Source: Dictyostelium discoideum (taxonomy: Eukaryota). Taken from it: a DNA stretch of 64,000 nucleotides. How positions within the stretch are numbered: the first letter of the stretch is position 1; every line of letters starts with the position of its first letter. The notes below the pieces were generated by a model, which worked only from the letters and a program-made list of their open reading frames with translations, made no database searches and was not told the DNA's origin. Of the stretch, positions 14,101-30,867 are shown one piece after another. Both the position numbers and the translations under genes were made by a program. The stretch spans positions 768,001-832,000 of the forward strand of contig CM000154.2 in the NCBI GenBank assembly GCA_000004695.1, written 5' to 3'.

Positions 14101-15577
14101 ATGGAACTCAGTTTGTCAATCAGTATTACCAATTGTAACGAAATCAGTTAGCCCAATAACACCACCACCACCAACTTTTACAATTACTCATGATACTTCA
14201 ACTTGTTTATCAGATTATAACTATCATTTACAAATTACAAATATGGAAAAATATTCGAGCGTTTCAATTAACGGTAGAATTCAAGATGATTCAAATGGTA
14301 ATTTCTTTATGTTACCAGTTACAAGTGGTGAAATCATTTATAAAGATAAATCTACTCAATGTATTGGTAAGGTTAATTTCAATTTTGACCCTTTGACAAC
14401 AACCGCCACTCCTTTATCAACAAATCCAAACATTAATAAAACATTTGAAACATGTCATGGATCATGTGATGGAACATTACAAATTAGTAATAATATTTTA
14501 AATGAAACTTATTATCATTATTCATCAATTTCAATTAGAGAGAATAGTAAAAGATTTTTAACACCATTCAAACCATCAATGTCATCCGGTATTAATTATT
14601 ATGGAATTTCAACAACAAATTTATTATTTAATGAAATTGGTAAATCGAATCCATTTTGTATAATTTCAAAACCAATTTCATTTACATCTTTTGAACCGAT
14701 AATTGTAAATTTAAATGGTGAATCATGTTTAGTATTTAATAATGATACCGATATGGTTTTATATACAAATGTAACAAACCCACAAACAAATATATCAACC
14801 ATTGTAGTTTCATATAAGGGTAGTTCAAAGAATATTGGCTCCATTGAAGCTATGGTCAGAGTATTTGATGATGAAAATAGTGATATTGAATCATTGCCAA
14901 CTAGTTTAACTGCAACTTATAAATTGGTTAATACTAATACACCAAGTTCAATAATTCCATCAACAAGTAATAGCATTGCTGATTATGATAATTTATCATT
15001 TGGTAATTATTTATTAACAGCATCAATCACTAATAAACAATGTAAAAGATCTTTAGTACAATCATTTAAATTGGATAATACAACCAATAATGCATTCTTA
15101 ATTAAATTAGATACTACCAATTATTGTGAAGCTGTTAGAATAGTACCATTCAATATGAATCTATTATTTAACTATTATATCACAAATTCATCAGGTGGTT
15201 TAGTTTATCAATATTTAAATAAAACCGGTGTTGTAATTAGTGATTATTTGGATAGTGAAATGCAATACACTGTAAAAGCAGTTCAAATCAATAGTAATGG
15301 TGGTGATCAATATATAAGCTCATGTAATTTGATTGTCCAATCAAAAATTTGCCCTGTTAATAATGATTCTCAAATTAAATTAATCGTTGGTTTAGCATTA
15401 GGTTTATTGGTTGCTGCTTTCATCATAGTATATGCTATCTATAAATTAAGACAAAGACAAATTAAAAAGAATAATAATGAAAAATTAAAAGAAAATGAAC
15501 ATCCTCAAGAAGATGATGATCAAGAAGAAGAAATTGATGAAAATTATCGTCATCATAATATGATGGTTGAAATGTAA
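11158..15577 (+). CDS. Large (~1448 aa) type-I membrane glycoprotein with repeated Cys-x(2-4)-[ND]-G-S-I modules. Exons 11158..12991 and 13068..15577.
   Basis: Signal peptide MKLNKIISNYLLIIIISLIIITTSTIVNG. The two long ORFs in different frames are joined by a 76-nt intron (GTAAGT at 12992, ...AAAATAG at 13067, phase 1). Recurrent modules include SPSCYGNNGSIVVSS, NSTCLYSNDGSIEIDGNG, NANCQTNGNDGSITIENP and ETCHGSCDGTLQISNN. There is a Thr/Pro linker TTTTPTPTPTTTTS. C-terminal TM IKLIVGLALGLLVAAFIIVYAIY plus a basic/acidic cytoplasmic tail. Confidence 0.8.
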
Positions 15578-15704
15578 AATTAAATTTAAAAAAAAAAAAA
15601 AAAAAAGGAAAACAAAAAAAAAAAAAAACAAATTTTAAAAAAATATATTTATATATGTATATTTAAAAAAATAAAATAAATATTGTAATAATATTCTTAA
15701 ATAT

Positions 15705-15747
<43 letters not shown>

Positions 15748-15821
15748 TTCATTTATTTTATTTTTAATTTTACATTATTATTATTTTGTGTGAATTTATT
15801 TTATAAATTGGCTCCAACTAT

Positions 15822-15994
15822 TTATAGATTATTTTGATCATTTTTATTTCTATTTAATTGAGAAATCTCAAGTTCTTTAATCTCTTTTTCTAATAATTTA
15901 ATTTCTTCATCAATTTTAATTAATTTTTCAACATTTATTATATCCTGTGTATCATTTGAATTATTATTAATTAAATTATTATTTTTATTTTTAC

Positions 15995-16027
<33 letters not shown>

Positions 16028-16223
16028 AACAATCAGATTGATGGTAAAAATTTATTATTCTTTCAATAATTTCACTTTTTTTTCCTTTAACATTTTTAAT
16101 TCCTAATTCTCTAGCAATTTTTGCAACTTCTTTGTATAATTTATTATTTAAATTTTCTTTTGTATAAAAATTGATTTGTTTATTTAAATTTTCTTTAATA
16201 TATAAATTGTTTTCTTTATCCAT
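15822..16223 (-). CDS. Small SAP-domain protein (133 aa).
   Basis: LYKEVAKIARELGIKNVKGKKSEIIERIINFY fits the SAP (SAF-A/B, Acinus, PIAS) helix-loop-helix motif. A poly-Asn spacer and a C-terminal coiled-coil-like EEIKLLEKEIKELE follow. Single exon. Confidence 0.65.
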
Positions 16224-16292
16224 TTTCTATTTATTGTTGATTCAAATTAAAATAAATATTTTCAATTTTATTTTTATTGTATTTTTTTTTTG

Positions 16293-16332
<40 letters not shown>

Positions 16333-16419
16333 TTAAAGATTAAATTAAAATTCTATAATTGGTTCGAAAAAAAAAATAATATAAGGATAAAAATTAATTT
16401 CAAATAAAAAAAAAAAATA

Positions 16420-16423
<4 letters not shown>

Positions 16424-16457
<34 letters not shown>
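16424..16457 (+). repeat. (TA)n about 16 units. Another is at 38170..38198.
   Basis: Direct reading. Confidence 0.95.
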
Positions 16458-16460
<3 letters not shown>

Positions 16461-16693
16461 AGTGGATGGGTAATGGAATATTAAAATAAATTTATTATTC
16501 TAATTTGTTTGTACATAATTAATTTTACTAATGAAAAAAAAAAAAATTTTTATATATCATATTTAATTTTAAAAAAAAAAGGTTAAAATTATTGATTAAT
16601 TGGTGATACATTTGAAACCAAAATTGAATTTATATTGATTAATTTTTTTTTGATATGATTTAATTTTTTAAATCTTTTCAAATGGTTGGTTCC

Positions 16694-16736
16694 CTATAAA
16701 AAAAAAAATAAAAAATAATAAAAAGTGTTAGCATGG

Positions 16737-16771
<35 letters not shown>

Positions 16772-17242
16772 CCTCTTTGGACTGTGGTGATATATGAATA
16801 CTATAATACCCACGTCTTTTTTTAATTTTTTATTAATCTTTTTTTTCTGGTGGTTTCCATTATTATTATTACTATTTACATCACTATCATTTGTATCATC
16901 ATCGCTATTTTTATCCGATTTACTATCATCATCATCATCACAATCATTATTATCTTTTTTAATATTATTAGTATTATTATTAATAGTATTATTATTATTA
17001 TTATTATTATTATCCAAATAAAGTTGTTTATCTAAAATTGATAAATCTATTGAATTGAATTCTTTTTTTGGTAATAAAGGAGAAGATGGAGGTGGTGGTG
17101 GAGTTATTCTATGCTGAAGACGTTGATAATTAAAATTATGTTGTTGTTGTTGTTGTTTGGTAAATGAAGTTGCATTAACCAACAATATTAGATTTATACA
17201 TTCAGAATCATGTTGTTCCAAAACACACGTATTTGATCTCAT
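16694..17242 (-). CDS. Low-complexity hypothetical protein (poly-Q, poly-P, acidic D-rich). The C-terminus may be an artefact of reading through an A-run.
   Basis: The ORF starts MRSNTCVLEQHDSECINLILLVNATSF. The remainder is QQQQQ, PPPPP, N-runs, DCDDDDDSKSD, then K-runs that come from poly-A. No domain recognised. Confidence 0.3.
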
Positions 17243-18188
17243 CCCTTTTCAATTATTGTACTTTTTTTTTTTTTTTTTAATTTAAATTTTTTTTTTTTTG
17301 ATCGTATCTTTTTTTTTCTTTTTTTTGTTGTTGTTGTGCGACAAAAATATAAAAATATAAAAATATAAAAATAAAAAATATAAAATTAAAATTATAAAAA
17401 AAAAAAAAAATGGAATAAAAAAAGTGGAAAGAAAAAAAAAAAAAAAAAAAATTAAAAAAATATAAAATATAAAAAAAAAGTAAAAATGAAATTTAGATGG
17501 ATGGGATGAATGGGAAATTTATAAACAATTGTTTAATAAAAAATATATAAATAAATTTAAAATGTAGATTCTTTAAAAAAAATAAAAAAAAAAGTAGAGG
17601 TCACTACACTAACTGTCAGTTAAAAAAAAAAAAAAAATAAAAAAATAAAGAGAAAAAAAAAAAAATAAAAAAAAAAAATAATTAAAAAAATAAAACAACA
17701 AGTGGGTTTATTATTTTCATTTTTTATTTAATTTTTATTAATTTTTATTTTTTATTAAAAATTTAATAACTTAATTTCAAAAAAAATATTTAAATAAATA
17801 AATTTTAAATATTTAATTAAAAAATTAATTAAAAATTAAAAATTAAAAAATTCTTTATTAAAAAAAAATTAATTTTTAAAATTTAAAATTAAAAAAAAAA
17901 ATTAAAAATTAAAAAAAAAAAAAAAAAAGTGGATTAGAAAAAAAAAAAAAAAAAAATAATCAAAATGATAAAAGGAGGATTTATAATTATTTTTATTATT
18001 ATTATTTTTTTTTTTTTTAAATTTTAAATTTTTTTTTTCAATTTATAAAATTTTGATCTTCAAGTATTAAAATCAAATCAAATCAAATCAAGAATCAATC
18101 TGAAAAATTTAATAAATAAATAAATAAATCCAATTATACATATCGAAAAAAAACCTTTAATATTATAAAAAAATATTATGATAATGAG

Positions 18189-18222
<34 letters not shown>

Positions 18223-18589
18223 AAAAAATAAAAATATGAAAAATAATTTATATAATAATAATAATAATTAAAAAGAAAATGAATACTATAATTATTTTAA
18301 TAATTTTTATTTGTAGATAGATATCAAAAATAACAACACCAACCGCCACAACCAATAAAAAAATAAAAATAAAATTTTTAGAAAAAAAAAAAAACAACAA
18401 TGATTTCCTTTATTTATTTATTTATTTATTTCCACTACTTTTTTTCCAAATACGATTATTTAATTTTTACCTTTTTTATAAATTAAATGTTGTAAAATAC
18501 CATGATAACATTTATTACTCTATTAACATAAAAAGAAACTTCTAATTTAAGTATGTTTCAATTGTTGTTTATATGATTTTCTCCTAAAT

Positions 18590-18696
18590 ACGATTAGTGT
18601 TAGTGTTTCTTTTATCTGTGTGTGGGTGTGTGTGAGAGATAGGGAGAGAGTGTGTGTGTGTGTGTGTAATTTTTTGAATTATATATTTATTTAATT

Positions 18697-18729
<33 letters not shown>

Positions 18730-18751
18730 CCGCATGCATTTTTCACATCCC

Positions 18752-18783
<32 letters not shown>

Positions 18784-19530
18784 ATTTTAAAATGGAAAAT
18801 ATTAATTATAAATATAAATAAATATATTTATAACTCAATGTATTTATTTGTTGTTTGTTAAAAATAGAAACAGTATATAGAAGTAGTAGTGGGGAGTGAG
18901 TAAGTGTGGGTGGTTGGTAGTAGATTTTCTATATTGAGAGAATTTGTGTGAAAACGTGTGGGCTTAATTAATTTGGAAATAATTTATTTTAACGGTAATC
19001 ATATATTATGATATATGTATACTTGTGAGTGAAAGATAGTGTGTGAGTGTGGGAGTGTGGGAGTGCCCACTCACTATTTCTATTCATATTTTATATATTT
19101 TTTCAATAATGTCCTATTATATCATATTCATTGATTATGGTTGATGTTGTTATTTTGTTGTTTTTTTTTTTTTTATTTAAAAAAAATATAATTTTTATTT
19201 TTTTTTATTTTTATGGATATATATGATAATAATTTGTATTTACATGGTGGTGGTGTTGGTGGTGTTTTAAAATTTTTTATACTTATATATATAAAATTTA
19301 TATTTTTGAAAAATTGTATAATAGCAACAAAAACAAAACAAAATAAAAAAAAAAAATAAATAAAAAAATAAAAAAAAAAAGCATACAATATTAACAACCA
19401 CCAAATCTTGATGGTATTGGAAAAATTAAAAATTTTATGTTTATTTTATTAAACAATTAATTTTGTCTCTGCATATATGCATGTGTGTGAGAGAGTGTGT
19501 GTGTTTTAGTGTGTTTAATATATCTTTTAC
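18590..19530. promoter_or_regulatory. Cluster of G/T-rich islands, (GT)n, GGGTGTGTG and GGGAGTGTGGGAGTG, in an otherwise A/T intergenic desert. Candidate G-box / CA-element (GBF-type) regulatory sites.
   Basis: Islands at 18600..18662, 18880..18960, 19020..19075 and 19465..19510. The surrounding 2.7 kb has no ORF. Confidence 0.35.
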
Positions 19531-19958
19531 CCACACATCCATTTTTATTGATATGATTCTATATTTGGACAATTTAATTTTTTTTTGTTATTATTTATGT
19601 TGTATGTAAAATAATTAAATTTAATTATATGTACAACAATACCTATATAGCACATTTATATTAAATTTAAAATTTTATTTATCTATTTTTTTTTTTTAAT
19701 TATTTAATTATTTTTTTTATTTTTTATTTTTGTTTTTTTTTTTTATTTTTTTCTAATCAATTATTTAAATAAAAAAAAATAAATTTCATTTTTTTAGTAA
19801 CCAAAATAAAAAAAAATAAATAAATAAATAAATTTTAAATTAAAAAAAATTATTATTATTTTAAAAATAAAAAAAAAAAAATAGGAATTATAATAATAAT
19901 TTTAAATTTTAAAAATAATAATATTAATAATAATAATCATAATAAATTAAAATAAAAA

Positions 19959-20696
19959 ATGAAAAATAATACTAAAATAATAGAAACTAAATGCAGTATG
20001 GAGCAAATAAATGTATCTCCAAAATACTATGATATAATTTCCTTTGGATATTTTCCAAATTATTTTAATATTAATAATTCAACAAATTCTATTGAAAATC
20101 AATCAAATAATATTAAAGAATATAAAATTTCCATTTTGGAAGATTTCCAAGAAAATGATAATCAAACTAATAAATTATGTACAACTATAACAAATAATAT
20201 TAAAATCATAAAAAAAATCAGTAAATCAAAAAAATTAAATTCAAAATCACATATTTTTAAAAAAAGAAATTTTAAATCAAATTGTACTTCATCAAATCAA
20301 AATTCAAATAATGTAATTGCAACTTTAATTTTACCAAAAATTGATGATAATAATAATAATAATAATAATGATCAAATTGAAAATAATTCAATTAATTGTA
20401 TAAATAATAATAATATTAATAATAATATAAATGAAAATAATAAATTTACATGGGTTTACTATCATTATGATTGTAATGGTAAAAGAAAATCAATATACGA
20501 TGATAATGAAATGTCAGAATTGTCAACTACCCCATTTCCAAAAAATCATATTTGTTCAAAATGTTCATCTAGCCAACGTTCTGTATTTAAATTAAATAAA
20601 TTTGGTAAATTAGATTGCTCATTTTGCTTAAATAATAATAATAATACTACTACTACTACTACTACTACTCCACAACCAAATTCCGATTTTAATTAA
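19959..20696 (+). CDS. Hypothetical Asn-rich protein with a C-terminal C-x2-C-x17-C-x2-C zinc-ribbon-like motif.
   Basis: The single ORF ends ...HICSKCSSSQRSVFKLNKFGKLDCSFC. The spacing resembles GATA/treble-clef fingers, but the GATA signature residues are absent. Confidence 0.5.
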   Translation: MKNNTKIIETKCSMEQINVSPKYYDIISFGYFPNYFNINNSTNSIENQSNNIKEYKISILEDFQENDNQTNKLCTTITNNIKIIKKISKSKKLNSKSHIFKKRNFKSNCTSSNQNSNNVIATLILPKIDDNNNNNNNDQIENNSINCINNNNINNNINENNKFTWVYYHYDCNGKRKSIYDDNEMSELSTTPFPKNHICSKCSSSQRSVFKLNKFGKLDCSFCLNNNNNTTTTTTTTPQPNSDFN

Positions 20697-21029
20697 AAAA
20701 AAAAAAAAAAAAAAATATATAAAAAAAAAAAAACATGGAAATAAATTAAAAAAAAAAGATGGAAAAAAAAATAAAAAAATATAAAAAAAGATGGAAATAA
20801 TAAATAATAAAAAAAAAAAAATCTTAAAGATTGATTTAATAAATTAAAAAAAAAAATAAAAAAAAAAAAAAATTTTTTTTTTTTAAAATAATTATAATTT
20901 TCTGTTTTAGTTTCATCTGTTGTGATTCAAACAAAATGTTGCCATTAATTTTTTAGTTTTTTTTTTTCTTTTAATTTTTTTTTTAATTTTTTTTTAATTT
21001 TTTTTTTAATTTTTTTCAAAATAAAAAAA

Positions 21030-21069
<40 letters not shown>

Positions 21070-21102
21070 AAATTTATTTATTTATTTATTTATTTATTTA
21101 AT

Positions 21103-21159
<57 letters not shown>

Positions 21160-21236
21160 AAAATAATTAAAAACATTAGACGCAACAAATAAAACTAAAA
21201 AAAGAAATAAAAGAAAGAAAAATATATATTTAGAAA

Positions 21237-22688
21237 ATGATAAAAACTTCAATTAAATTATTAAATAGGAATAGTAATAATTATAGAAATTACTTTTTAA
21301 AAATTAAAAATAAAAATGTTTTAGTAAAATCAAATAATAATAATAATAAAAATAATAATAATATATTTAAAAGAAATTATAATACACAAACATCATTAAA
21401 TACTGATACTCAAAGACAACAACAACAACAAAAACAACAACAACAACAACAAAATAATATAGAATCTTCAATTGATCCAATTTTAAATGATAATTCTAAT
21501 GAAGATGATTTAGAGATTAAAGATCCTTTAATTATTTTCAATACAGTTTGGAATAAATTGGAACAAAAGTATGGTGCTAATAATATGAGATTTCCACAAG
21601 AGATCATATTGGTAGCAGGTGCACCAGGTTCTGGTAAAGGTACCAATACCCCTTTCATGAGCAGTGTCAGAGGTATCACTGCAGATCCAATTGTAATGAG
21701 TTCTTTATTAAATAATGAAGAAGCAAAGAAGATTAAATCATCAGGTGGTATGGTTAGCGATAGTAATGTATTGGAATTATTTTTAGAGGAATTAAGAAAA
21801 CCATGCTATAGATCGGGTGTTGTTGTGGATGGGTTTCCAAGAACCAATATTCAAGTGGAACTTACTAATGCACTCTATCAAAAGATGAAGCAAATGAGAA
21901 AGGTATACTACAACACACCATTGGCACCCTTCTTCCCTCGACCAATATTTAGGGTAACGGTGCTATTCGTTGGCGAGAAGGAATCTGTAGATAGGCAATT
22001 AAGAAGGGGTGACATAACTCGTGATACTAATGTGAAGCTAAAAGAGCAAGGTTTGCCTCTCTTGGAAGAACGTGACACGGATCTTTCTGAAGAGGCGGCA
22101 AGAAAGAGATACAAGATTTTCAGAGATCACTATTCAACCTTACAAACTTTGAAAAAACATTTCCCATTCTCAATTATCGATGCCTCAAAGTCTTTGGATA
22201 AAGTTCAACAAAGTATAATCAAGGAGTTTAAATATCAATCCTCTTTGGAACTCTCTCAAGAAACCTTTGATTTAGTTCAACGTATACCATTGGTCACTGA
22301 TATCATTCAACATGCACGTGTTGATTTAATCACTCGTTTAGATGAATATCAAAATAGACATAACATCCTTTTCACTTCAGTGGTTCATGTAATTGAAAAA
22401 GAATTTTTACCAACAATTCGTCGTCAAGCTATCGCTGGTAGTACGATGCTTAGAATAACAAATAGTATTTTCTCATCATCATTGGCAGTCGATATGGCTT
22501 TGGATCTCTTATCAGAGAGAGGTTTCAGAGTTACCTTTGATATTAAAACAACTTATATACCACGACGTATTGATCCAATAACTCATGAAATTACAAATTT
22601 AACAAAACAAGAATACCAATTTAAATTAGATTTTGAAAAACCTGCAATTCGTGATTTAAGTCAAGCTGTTAAAATTAATTTAAATTAA
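21237..22688 (+). CDS. Adenylate-kinase-like (P-loop NMP kinase) domain protein with a long unique C-terminal extension.
   Basis: IILVAGAPGSGKGT is a Walker A / AK glycine loop, and VVDGFPRTNIQVE is the AK NMP-binding GFPRT motif. Total length 483 aa, with a ~100-aa N-terminal N/Q-rich leader and a ~200-aa C-terminal region with no recognisable domain. Confidence 0.8.
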   Translation: MIKTSIKLLNRNSNNYRNYFLKIKNKNVLVKSNNNNNKNNNNIFKRNYNTQTSLNTDTQRQQQQQKQQQQQQNNIESSIDPILNDNSNEDDLEIKDPLIIFNTVWNKLEQKYGANNMRFPQEIILVAGAPGSGKGTNTPFMSSVRGITADPIVMSSLLNNEEAKKIKSSGGMVSDSNVLELFLEELRKPCYRSGVVVDGFPRTNIQVELTNALYQKMKQMRKVYYNTPLAPFFPRPIFRVTVLFVGEKESVDRQLRRGDITRDTNVKLKEQGLPLLEERDTDLSEEAARKRYKIFRDHYSTLQTLKKHFPFSIIDASKSLDKVQQSIIKEFKYQSSLELSQETFDLVQRIPLVTDIIQHARVDLITRLDEYQNRHNILFTSVVHVIEKEFLPTIRRQAIAGSTMLRITNSIFSSSLAVDMALDLLSERGFRVTFDIKTTYIPRRIDPITHEITNLTKQEYQFKLDFEKPAIRDLSQAVKINLN

Positions 22689-22817
22689 TAAAAAAATAAA
22701 TAAATAATAATAATAAAATTAATTATTTATTTCATTTTTATTCAAATTTTCTTTTTTATTTATTTCTTTTTTTTTTTTTTAATAAATTATTTATCTATTT
22801 ATTTTATTTTTTTTTTT

Positions 22818-22848
<31 letters not shown>

Positions 22849-24494
22849 TTATTTATTTTTATTTGTAAAAACCACCAGTAACAAAAAAAAAAAAAGTTGA
22901 CCGGAAAATAAAATTTTCGCTCCACTATAACCTTTTACAAAAAAAAAAATAAAAATAAAAAATAAAAACTTTTTAACCAGAATTCCGGAAAACAAAAATA
23001 AAAATATTGTTTTGAGAAAATTCGTGTAATGAAAGTAAAAAATTTTGGTGGCTTTTTTTAAAATATCAAAGGAGAAATGTGGAAAAAAAAAAAATGAAAA
23101 TAAAAAACGTTATTTTAATGAGGTCTAAAAACCAAAATTATAAAATAAAAAAAAAAAAAATAAAAAAATAAAAAAATAAAAAAATGATAAATGATTAGTT
23201 GTAGAATTAATTAATTAATTTATTTAGTTGAATTTTTTATTTTTTTATTTTTTTATTTTTTTTTTTTGTTAATGTTACCCCAATCTAATTCTTTTTGACA
23301 AAAAAAAAAAAAGAAAAAAAAAAAAAAAATCATATAACCTTTGAATTGAAAAGCCAAAGATTTTAACTTTCAGAAAAAAAAAAAATTAAAAAAAAAATAA
23401 AAAAAAAATTGATTTTTTAAAATAACGCCATCATTTAAAAATGCTGATGCATATTCCTAAATTTCCTTTTTTGTTGGAATTATTTTTATTTATAAACTTT
23501 TTTTTTTAAAAAAAAATGATCATATTAATTTATGGTGCAACACACCTTTGTATAAAAAAAAAAAAAAAAAAAAACCTTATGACATTCTTTTTGTGTCAGA
23601 GAGGAAAAAAAAAAATTTAAAAAATTTATAAATAAAAAAAGATTTTTTCTTTTGTTTTTTTTTATTTTTATTTTTATTTTAAAAAACATATAACCTTGAA
23701 AGTTATAAATAAATTTTTTTTTTTTTTTTTTTCTTAACTTAATCTATTATTACTTTTTTTTTTATTTTTTTGGTAAATATCAAAATTTTGCAGTAAAAAA
23801 AAAAAAAAAAAAATTAAAAAAAAAAAAAACAAAAATAAAAAAATAAAAAAAAAAATAAAAAAAAATAAAAAAAAATAAAAATAAAAATAAAAAAAAAAGA
23901 TCTGTTTTGAAGGAAAAGGACAATTAATCCTCTCTTTTAGTCCATTCTATCAATTAAAGAATATAGTATATAATACACATATATATGTTTTTTCTCATAT
24001 TTTCAAAATAAATAATAAAAATAGAAGCAAAAATAAAGACCACAGATTTAAAAACAAACAATTTATTTTATTTTTATTTTTTTTTTTTAATAATTTTTTG
24101 ATAATACAATTGTAATATATAAATTTTTTCATTTTTTTTTTTTTTTTTTTAATCTTAATGTATTATTTAAATTATTTTTAAATTATATATAACATCAAAA
24201 AAAAAAAAACAATAAAAAATAAATAAATAAGACATAAAAAAAATAATAAAATTATAATAATAATAAGAATAATAAAATAATATTATAACATTCACACACA
24301 CAAATTACCAATAATTTTTTTCTTTTTAATATCTGTAATATTAATATTAACTTTTTTTTTTTTTTATTAATTTATTTATTTATTTTAAAAATTTTTAATT
24401 TATAATTTTTGGTTATTAGTAATTTCAAATTTATTTACTGACGTTGGCAAAACAAATCCAAAAAAAAAAAAAAAATAAAAAATTTATTTAAGAA

Positions 24495-29051
<4,557 letters not shown>

Positions 29052-29544
29052 TATAAATAATATATATTTTTTTTAAAAAAAAAAAAATTAAAGTTTAAAA
29101 ATAAATGGTACTCTCCCATCTTAATAGGATGGTGGAATGTAAATTATTTAGATAAAAATTGGAAGTTGTTAATTGTTAAACAACTATTTTTTTATTTATT
29201 ATTATTATTATTATTTTCTGTGGATCTTTTTTTTTTTTTTTTATTTATCCATTTTAATTTTTCTAATTAAATGCCTTAATAAAAACCACAAAAAAAAATA
29301 AAATTACTATAAAAAAAATAATCAAAAATAAATCGATTTCTCTTTGAGGCACTGGATCTTATTGGTTGGATGGGGTTATTATTTCAAATTTAAATTGTTT
29401 GGTTTTTTCCATTTACAACTTTTTTTTTTTTTTAAAACTCATTAATTTAAATAAATAATTAAAAATATATTTTAATATTAATGATAAATTAAAAGTTAAT
29501 AAATTTTTATTGAAAAGAAAAAAATTGAATTTAAAAAAATAAAT

Positions 29545-30867
29545 TTAAATTATTAATGATAAAATTAAGGATAAAGTAACAAATAATGATAAAACCAATT
29601 TTGAAGATGATGAATTTGAAGAACTAGAGTCTAAAGATGATTCACCACCAAGTACTGGATCATGAGTTAAATTATTTGGACGAATTGCATCAAATGAATG
29701 AATTAAAAACTTTGATTGGAAGAAACCATTTCCAAAACATTGTTTAATCATTAATGCACCGAAATCATTGAATTTTGAATATTCAGTTGTGTTTGAAATT
29801 ACTTTAACATCAGTTGAGTCACCTTTATCATTTGTAACTGAAGCTTGAGTTACCCATGAAAAACCAGCATTAATTTCTTCATTTTTTATTTCAATATTTG
29901 AATCTTTTTTATTATGTTCATCTCTATCAATATCAAGTTCAATGTTTTTACTTTTAGTTGCAAAAAATGAAGTTATTGCTAATCTTGATTGATTATTATT
30001 TGAAGGACCAGTGGAAGCACAATTTAAATTTTTAATATTTTTGGAATCAAATTGACATCCATTACTTTTTACATTAATTGATTCATTGTAATAACCAATG
30101 ATTGAAACATCAACTTTTGATTGTTCAGCTGATAATTTAACATCACCAACATTGATTGGTGCTCCACTAATGTAAAATACCATTTGGAAAATATTATTAT
30201 CAGAAGTAACTTCAATTTGATAGACAGTAAAATTTTTACCATTATTTCCTTCCATTTCTTTTTGATCTCTAGTTAATGAATATTTTTGTTTTGATAAATT
30301 TATGTAACCCAAAATTTCATCACCACCATATTGAAAACCTTCAATACTATTATTTTCAGCATATTCAATAATAAAAGTTGGCATATATCCTATTGAAATT
30401 TTTGAAAATTCAATATCATGATGGTCATCAGACGATTCTTCATCCGAACTAGCACTACTATTTGTTGGATTATTGGTATTATTACCATTGAGTTCTAATG
30501 AAAAGAAATTGAAAAAGTAGTTTGGGAATTGTGTAGCTTTTCTATTACATGTTTGGAAATTAAAAATACTGGTGTCAACTTTAAGGTCTTTAACAATACT
30601 TTTATCAACTGAAACTCCATTGGCTGAGAATGAAGGACATCCTGATTTATCATTGGTTCTTATTTTATAGGAACGGAAAACATCATCTTCTTCAGTAGCT
30701 GATTTAATTTTATCTATTAAAAATTAAAAATATTTTTTTTTTTATAATGTTAATAATTAAATTAAAAAAAAAACAATTGTTTAATAAAAAAAATAAATAC
30801 CCCAATGTTTTCCATACACAGAATAAGTGGTGAATAAAAGAAGAATTAAACAAATTAAAATTTTCAT
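29545..30867 (-). CDS. Secreted, probably GPI-anchored protein (~411 aa). Exons 30801..30867 and 29545..30713.
   Basis: Exon 1 encodes the signal peptide MKILICLILLLFTTYSVYGKHW. An 87-nt intron follows (donor GTATTT, acceptor TTAATAG, phase 1). The C-terminus SSSSSKLVLSLFVTLSLILSLII is a Ser-rich stretch followed by a hydrophobic tail, typical of a GPI signal. Confidence 0.65.

Noticed and set aside
13031-15577. Separate gene starting at the ATG at 13031 (MITNNNNCFMK...).
   Set aside because: A GTAAGT donor at 12992 and an AG at 13067 join it in phase to the upstream ORF, which carries the signal peptide. The ATG at 13031 lies inside the intron.
19173-19397. Minus-strand 74-aa ORF within the large intergenic region.
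   Set aside because: Poly-F/poly-K composition from homopolymers, not coding-like.
22880-23000. TTCCGGAA palindrome and GACCGGAAAAT in the intergenic region (possible STAT/GAS-like site).
   Set aside because: The spacing does not fit TTCnnnGAA. It is a single occurrence with no supporting context.
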